Made by a program: the position numbers and the translations under genes. A DNA stretch of 41,723 bases from Candidatus Nezhaarchaeota archaeon WYZ-LMO8 (lineage in GTDB: Archaea; Thermoproteota; Methanomethylicia; Nezhaarchaeales; WYZ-LMO8): the NCBI GenBank assembly GCA_004347965.1, contig QNVF01000001.1, positions 1 through 41,723 on the forward strand, written 5' to 3'. The notes under the pieces are model-generated. The model made no database searches. It was given only the letters and a program-made list of their open reading frames with translations, and was not told where the DNA came from. Shown here one piece after another: positions 36,468 to 41,723 of the stretch. Position 1 is the stretch's first letter, and every line of letters begins with the position of its first letter.

Positions 36468-37580
36468 TCACAATACTGATGCTAGTAGCTCGGCTATGTC
36501 CATAACTTGAATTCTTTCTTCGTTTCCAGTAGTCTTAACGGCATCCTCCATAGTAAGCATGCAGAATGGGCATGCTACTACTATTACGTCTGCTCCCACC
36601 TCAACAGCCTCCTTTACACGAAGCTCGGCTAAACGTGGCCCTGGAACGTCGAACCACATTCTCCCACCGCCGCCCTCGCAGCATAGACTTCTATATCTTG
36701 AACGGTCAAATTCTAGGAGGGTAATGCCTTTTATGCTTTCGATTATTTTCCTTGGATCTTCAAAGACGTTGTTTCGCTTACCAAGATAGCAGGGATCGTG
36801 ATAAATAACTCTTTTGTCAATCCTCTTTGAGGGAGATAATTTTCCTTTATCAATTAATTTTGCGAGAAGCTGACTATGATGTAAAACTTCTAAACCACCT
36901 TCTTTAGGATATTTATTCTTAAAGACATCGAAACCATGAGGACAATTTGTCACTATTTGTCTTACGCCATAACTACTAAAGAGTTTCATGTTCTCTTCGA
37001 CGAGAAATTCAAAAAGACCCTTCTCACCTATGTGGTAGACCTCGCTTCCACAGCAATTCTCTTCTTCACCTAGGATCCCGAAGCTTAGATTTGCTGTCTC
37101 TAAGCTCTTAACAAGGCTCCTTGCAATACTTTGAACTCTCGGATCGTAAGCAGTCGTGCAACCAACGTAGTAGAGCACATCAACCCCTTGAGAGACGTGC
37201 TTAATGTTTAGATCACGAGCCCACTCAACTCGCTTTCCACGACCTCTACCCCAAGGATTTCCATTTAAGTACACGCTTTCTAAAGCATCTCTAATTGTTG
37301 GAGCAACTTCTCCCTTCTCGACCACAATGCTTCTAACGTCCACCAAGAATTCGTAGGGCTTCAACTGCTTTGGACAGCGAGTACTACAATTGCCGCAGGT
37401 AGTACAACCCCAGACCTCGTTTTGAGAGTGAATTACAAGCTTCCTTAAGACTGCAGCTTCACGCATGTACCTCCTTATGTTTAAGTTACTCTTAATGGCT
37501 ACCGGGCAGCTGCCGGTGCAAATACCGCATTGAATGCATTGCAAAAGGTTATTCTTCTGCACGACCTCTTGAACGTTCAC
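36468..37580 (-). CDS. Soluble HdrD/FadF-like Fe-S oxidoreductase (2x[4Fe-4S] plus two CCG domains)
   Basis: CIQCGICTGSCP, CTTCGNCSTRCP, GNPWG, YYVGC..CCG..CPH, YHDPCYL..CCEGGGG..CPFC; no transmembrane segment. Confidence 0.9.
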   Translation of the reverse strand: MNVQEVVQKNNLLQCIQCGICTGSCPVAIKSNLNIRRYMREAAVLRKLVIHSQNEVWGCTTCGNCSTRCPKQLKPYEFLVDVRSIVVEKGEVAPTIRDALESVYLNGNPWGRGRGKRVEWARDLNIKHVSQGVDVLYYVGCTTAYDPRVQSIARSLVKSLETANLSFGILGEEENCCGSEVYHIGEKGLFEFLVEENMKLFSSYGVRQIVTNCPHGFDVFKNKYPKEGGLEVLHHSQLLAKLIDKGKLSPSKRIDKRVIYHDPCYLGKRNNVFEDPRKIIESIKGITLLEFDRSRYRSLCCEGGGGRMWFDVPGPRLAELRVKEAVEVGADVIVVACPFCMLTMEDAVKTTGNEERIQVMDIAELLASVL

Positions 37581-37607
37581 ATCAACTCACCTTGTGAACA
37601 TTCAAGG

Positions 37608-37645
37608 AGCAAAATAGGAGGAATTGATGAATTTAAAACTTTCTC
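37608..37645 (-). promoter_or_regulatory. Putative BRE/TATA promoter of the HdrD-like gene, divergent from hdrA
   Basis: Minus strand GAGAAAG-TTTTAAAT, resembling the promoter at 28922; GGTGA SD before GTG 37580. Confidence 0.5.
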
Positions 37646-37729
37646 CCCTCATAACGTTAAACAAGGGTAACTAAAGCTTAAATGTTATCTCACACGGCAT
37701 TCTCTAATGTGTTCGGCTAGTGCTGGAGG

Positions 37730-40090
37730 ATGATGGTATTGGCTAAAATCGGCATTTTTATATGCGAATGTGGAGGCGGTATTAGTGACGTCTTAGATTC
37801 TAAGTTCATCATAGAATCAGTTGAAAACTGGAAGGACGTCGTCGTGGCTAAACAGTACAAGTACTTGTGCTCAAGAGAAGGTCAAGAGACTTTAACGGAG
37901 GACTTAAAGAAGTACAACCCTGATAGGGTCATCATAGCTTCATGTTCTCCCAGGCTTCATCTAGCAACATTTCAGGAGATTCTGAAGAAAGCAGGGTTAA
38001 ATCCATTTATGCTGGAGGTTGTAAATGTACGTGAGCAAGCTTCTTGGGTTCATGGACCTAAGCAGAATAAGGAAGCCACACGGAAAGCCATAAACTTAAT
38101 AAGAGGAGGATACGAGCGCAGTCTTCAATTAGAACCGCTTGAGGAGATTAAAGAGAAATGCGTACGAGAGGTTTTAGTGATTGGTGGTGGCATAGCCGGT
38201 ATAACGTCAGCTCTCGAGCTAGCAAACCTGGGATTTAAAGTACATTTAGTGGAAAGAAGGCCTAGTATCGGCGGGAATATGGCTAAACTTACTAAAGTTT
38301 TCCCAACGCTTGACGATGCCCAAAGCATTTTAAGGTCCAAGATTGTTGGTGTGAGTAGCAACTCCAACATAGACTTACTGACGTGTGCTGAGGTGAAGGG
38401 TATTAGTGGACGTCCAGGGAACTACGTGGTTCAAGTACGCGTGAATCCAAGAGGGGTTGATGTTGAGAGGTGCATGACCTGTGGAATTTGTGCAGACGTG
38501 TGCCCAGTAACGGTACCAGATGAGTTTAACGAGGGTCTATCAACCAGGAAGGCTATATACATGGAGTACCCCGAAGCAGTCCCTTCAGCCTACGTCATAG
38601 ACTTCAAGGCCTGCACTAAGTGTGGAGAATGCGAGAAGGTTTGTCCAACAAAAGCAATAAACTTAAAGGATGAGGGTAAAGAAATCAAGTTAAACGTCGG
38701 CGCAATAATATTAGCACCTGGCTACGAGCTTTACGATGCAAGAAGACTTGAATGCTATGGCTTCGGGATGTATAAGGACGTTATAACGATGATGGCGTTA
38801 GAGAGATTAGTGTCCAGAAGCGGCTCCATGGGGAGTACTTTGAAGAGAGCTGATGGAAGTGACGTGCAAAGGATAGCTATAGCTCTTTGTGCTGGATCTA
38901 GGGATAAAAATCACGTCCCCTATTGTAGCCGAATATGTTGCATGTACTCCATTAAGCAAGCCTACATACTGAGGAAGATGTTTGGGCTTGACGTAACAGT
39001 TTACTACATTGATATAAGAGCGGCTGGGAAGGGCTATGAGGATCTCTATTGGAAAGCTCAGGAAGAAGGCGTAGTTTTCATACGTGGAAGGGTAGCTGAG
39101 ATCTATAAGGGGCGCAATGGAAAGCTCGTAGTTAGAGCAGAAGATTCTCTAACAGGAGAGGTCAGAGAAGACGAGTACGATATGGTAGCGTTGGCGGTGC
39201 CCATTGTTCCACCGCATAGTCTCAAAGAGCTTAGTGAGATAATTAAGGTGCCACTAGACGAGTACGGCTTCATCGTGGAGAAGCACTCGAAGATTGATCC
39301 AGTCAATTCGCAGCTCACCGGAATATTTGCCTGTGGCTGTGTCTTGGGTCCCAAGGATATTCGAGACACGACCTCAGAAGCTCTAGCTGCATCAGCAAAA
39401 GCTGCATCCTTCTTAAAGAGCGATTATGTGATAACAAGCCCAGAGAAAGCAGTAGTAATCTCAGAGTTGTGTAATGGCTGTGGGAACTGCGTAAAGACTT
39501 GTTTTGTGAATGCCATTACGTTACGTGAAGGGAAGGCCGAGGTCAATCCATTCTACTGCATTGGTTGTGGTGCATGCATTCCTTCGTGTCCTCAAGATGC
39601 TATAGAACTTAAGAACACAACAACTCAGCAGCTACTAGCCACACTGAGAGGTGTGTTAGCTGATAAACGAGCTGATGAGATTAGAATAGTAGCGTTTGTG
39701 GATAAAGTCTATGGTTATGCTGTAATAGACTACTTGGGATTAGACCGTGCAAGTTATCCAGAGAACGTGTACGTAATCCCCCTCCCTTCAACAGCAATGC
39801 TCAAGAACAAGACCATATTGGCATCCCTTGCCTATGGTGCAGACGGTGTACTGATATTAGAAGGGAGTGAGGAGGTCTACGAGAAATTCACTAAGAACAG
39901 AGTCGCTGAGATGATGAAGGAGCTAGAGAGGCTAGGGGTAGAGCCTGGTAGGGTTGAACATAGCCACATACCACTAATGGTCTACAAGAAAGCTAGAGAG
40001 CTCTTTATCTCTTTCACTGAAAAGGTGAAGAAGCTGGGACCAATACCACAAGATAAGCGCATAGAGCTAAAGCAAAAGATGAACCTGTAA
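37730..40090 (+). CDS. hdrA: Heterodisulfide reductase subunit A family flavoprotein fused to a cysteine-less MvhD-like domain
   Basis: CECG..CS..CSP, GGGIAG, four CxxCxxCxxxC motifs, CAGSRD..YCSRICCMYSIK, GPKDI; C-terminal YPENV..GADGVL region typical of MvhD. Confidence 0.92.
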   Translation: MMVLAKIGIFICECGGGISDVLDSKFIIESVENWKDVVVAKQYKYLCSREGQETLTEDLKKYNPDRVIIASCSPRLHLATFQEILKKAGLNPFMLEVVNVREQASWVHGPKQNKEATRKAINLIRGGYERSLQLEPLEEIKEKCVREVLVIGGGIAGITSALELANLGFKVHLVERRPSIGGNMAKLTKVFPTLDDAQSILRSKIVGVSSNSNIDLLTCAEVKGISGRPGNYVVQVRVNPRGVDVERCMTCGICADVCPVTVPDEFNEGLSTRKAIYMEYPEAVPSAYVIDFKACTKCGECEKVCPTKAINLKDEGKEIKLNVGAIILAPGYELYDARRLECYGFGMYKDVITMMALERLVSRSGSMGSTLKRADGSDVQRIAIALCAGSRDKNHVPYCSRICCMYSIKQAYILRKMFGLDVTVYYIDIRAAGKGYEDLYWKAQEEGVVFIRGRVAEIYKGRNGKLVVRAEDSLTGEVREDEYDMVALAVPIVPPHSLKELSEIIKVPLDEYGFIVEKHSKIDPVNSQLTGIFACGCVLGPKDIRDTTSEALAASAKAASFLKSDYVITSPEKAVVISELCNGCGNCVKTCFVNAITLREGKAEVNPFYCIGCGACIPSCPQDAIELKNTTTQQLLATLRGVLADKRADEIRIVAFVDKVYGYAVIDYLGLDRASYPENVYVIPLPSTAMLKNKTILASLAYGADGVLILEGSEEVYEKFTKNRVAEMMKELERLGVEPGRVEHSHIPLMVYKKARELFISFTEKVKKLGPIPQDKRIELKQKMNL

Positions 40091-40198
40091 GCCAAAGGAT
40101 AAATCAATCACACATATTCTCAGTTATTACCATTGTTACGCAGGCACCCTCCCTAATATTTTGCTCAGAAGTATGTGGGCGAGGGCTTACCTTTACCC

Positions 40199-40567
40199 TT
40201 ACGTTGTCTTATCCTTACATTGTTCATATATTCTCGTTATAAATGAACGTATCTCCTCAACAGATTTCTGATCGCCACGCTGCATAAGTTCAAGGAAGTG
40301 CTCAGTTTTCATATTTAAGCCGAGCTCGCCATCAATCCTTGATACCAAGAGTTCAATTAAGACTTTAGCACCAGCTCCTAAGAAGCTTTCTAGCTCACGG
40401 TAAAAGGTTTTAGGATTACTCCAAAATACTTCAAATGGATCGCGACCTAAGCTCTTATATAGGAAAAACAAGGTAGCTTTACAAGCTGGTTCGCCAATCA
40501 AAGAGTAAAGGGTTCGCTCACAATCTTCGCGGAAAGTTTCAATGATAGAATGTACAGGCATTGACAT
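40199..40567 (-). CDS. Hypothetical alpha-helical protein, DUF3227/NitrOD5-like
   Basis: LIGE....LFFL......E....PKTF..LESFLGAGAKVL pattern recalled from small archaeal helical domains; own TATA-like upstream sequence. Confidence 0.6.
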   Translation of the reverse strand: MSMPVHSIIETFREDCERTLYSLIGEPACKATLFFLYKSLGRDPFEVFWSNPKTFYRELESFLGAGAKVLIELLVSRIDGELGLNMKTEHFLELMQRGDQKSVEEIRSFITRIYEQCKDKTT

Positions 40568-40731
40568 AGCTTCTCAATAATATAAAATATTGCTCTCAGT
40601 ATATATCACTTTTACCGTATGTTATTGGTTGAGATCCTTACTATTTCTCATAATCCGAATGAGATCGATCACGAAGCTTCTTTAGCCAATGACGTCCGAA
40701 ATGAATCCTTAACTAAAAAGTATTAAAAGTA

Positions 40732-41346
40732 TTAATGGATGTATTCTTCAAGTCTTTTGTTAACTTCATCCCAGTTGACTATGTTCCAGAAGGCTTCGAC
40801 GAAGTCCGCTCTCCTATTCTTATAGTCGATGTAGTAAGCATGCTCAAAGACATCCAGGACCATTAATATTGGGAAGGTTGGATAAACGTTGACGTTATGC
40901 TTCTCTATCTGCATTATCATTAGGCGCCCGGTTTGTCTACATATTGTCAGCGCAGCCCATCCTGAGCCCTCAACAGTGACGGCTGCTTGAGTAAATTCTC
41001 TCTTAAACCTCTCAAAGCTTCCAAACTCGCCATCGATGAGACTTGCCAATCTTCCACCGGGCTTGCCACCACCCTTACCCGGTGGAGCAAGGTTCTTCCA
41101 GAATAATGAGTGTAGTAAATGCCCCCCAACGTTCCATGAAAGCTCTTTTAAGACGGCCTTTACGTCTATGTCCGCGTTATCTTTACGAGCACTATCAAGT
41201 CTCTTAAGTATTGTGTTAGCTCCATTAACGTAAGCTTGATGATGTACTGTGTGATGTATACGCAGCTGCTCCTCAGACATGTATGGCACTAAATCCCCGT
41301 AACCATAAGGCAATTGAGGCAAAACATATAATTTAGCGGTCTCCAA
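40732..41346 (-). CDS. sod: Fe/Mn superoxide dismutase (likely start TTG 41346)
   Basis: [39 protein letters not shown]; GGAGGT SD at 41354-41359. Confidence 0.96.
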   Translation of the reverse strand: METAKLYVLPQLPYGYGDLVPYMSEEQLRIHHTVHHQAYVNGANTILKRLDSARKDNADIDVKAVLKELSWNVGGHLLHSLFWKNLAPPGKGGGKPGGRLASLIDGEFGSFERFKREFTQAAVTVEGSGWAALTICRQTGRLMIMQIEKHNVNVYPTFPILMVLDVFEHAYYIDYKNRRADFVEAFWNIVNWDEVNKRLEEYIH

Positions 41347-41458
41347 TAAGAAAACCTCCATAAACAATATGCTTTTTCACACGATATACTTATTCTATGG
41401 CATTGTATTAAAAAGGTTTTTCATGCTACTTTCTATAAAAGGATGGTTAAATAGCTAG

Positions 41459-41671
41459 TTAAGACGAGTGAGGACGTCCAAGCAATAGTAGTTTAGAGAT
41501 CCTAAAAGATCCTATACAAATTAAGGCGCAAGATGAAGAAGCCATAACAAACGCAACTATGCTCACTTCTAAATCCCCCATAAAAGAGAATACGACAAGA
41601 ACTGCGAAGGTTATGCGATATCTCTCCTCTAGGTTATAGAGATTATCCTGATTATTTATGCGGTAGGGCAA
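41459..41671 (-). CDS. Doubtful small hydrophobic ORF
   Basis: Two hydrophobic stretches and a TTG start after GAGGG; no family recognised; close to the window edge. Confidence 0.2.
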   Translation of the reverse strand: MPYRINNQDNLYNLEERYRITFAVLVVFSFMGDLEVSIVAFVMASSSCALICIGSFRISKLLLLGRPHSS

Positions 41672-41723
41672 CCCTCAACTATGAAAAGGTCAAAAGATTA
41701 TATTTCAAACACTTATTAGAAAT

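Noticed and set aside
36468-40090. Evidence for methanogenesis
   Set aside because: HdrA- and HdrD-like proteins are widespread in non-methanogens; no mcr, mtr or hdrBC is in the window.
1-41723. CRISPR arrays, integrases, transposases, defence systems
   Set aside because: No regularly spaced repeats and no ORF with such motifs were seen by eye.

Overview
Archaeal chromosome segment. Gene content, tRNA introns at non-canonical positions, the dtdA-secE junction without ftsZ and a non-catalytic proteasome beta subunit point to Thermoproteota/TACK; the exact lineage cannot be fixed from sequence alone. The left part (1-23,011) is conserved core: speD-speE, alaS, the rpl12-rpl10-rpl1-rpl11-spt5-secE-dtdA string, argF, pdxS/pdxT, nep1, the rnp4-yhbY-rps19e-PDCD5-rpl39e-rpl31e-eif6-rpl18ae-pfdA-ftsY string, rtcA, a NOG1 GTPase, psmB, taw1, dph5 and a DUF357-RibL fusion. 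It also holds three tRNA genes. Two have non-canonical introns: tRNA-Arg(TCT) at 29/30, and tRNA-His(GTG) at 35/36, which splits the anticodon so the unspliced gene reads as Tyr. The right part (23,136-41,723) looks accessory: two NDP-sugar epimerases, an LLM oxidoreductase, a complete beta-oxidation cluster, EtfBA, a soluble HdrD/FadF-like Fe-S protein, an HdrA-MvhD fusion that has lost several Fe-S cysteines, and an Fe/Mn SOD. The best candidate for an undescribed system is this beta-oxidation/ETF/HdrD/degenerate HdrA-MvhD module, which has no membrane component in the window and whose promoters share a sequence element. I saw no CRISPR array, integrase or transposase. All calls come from reading motifs by eye; no database search was run.
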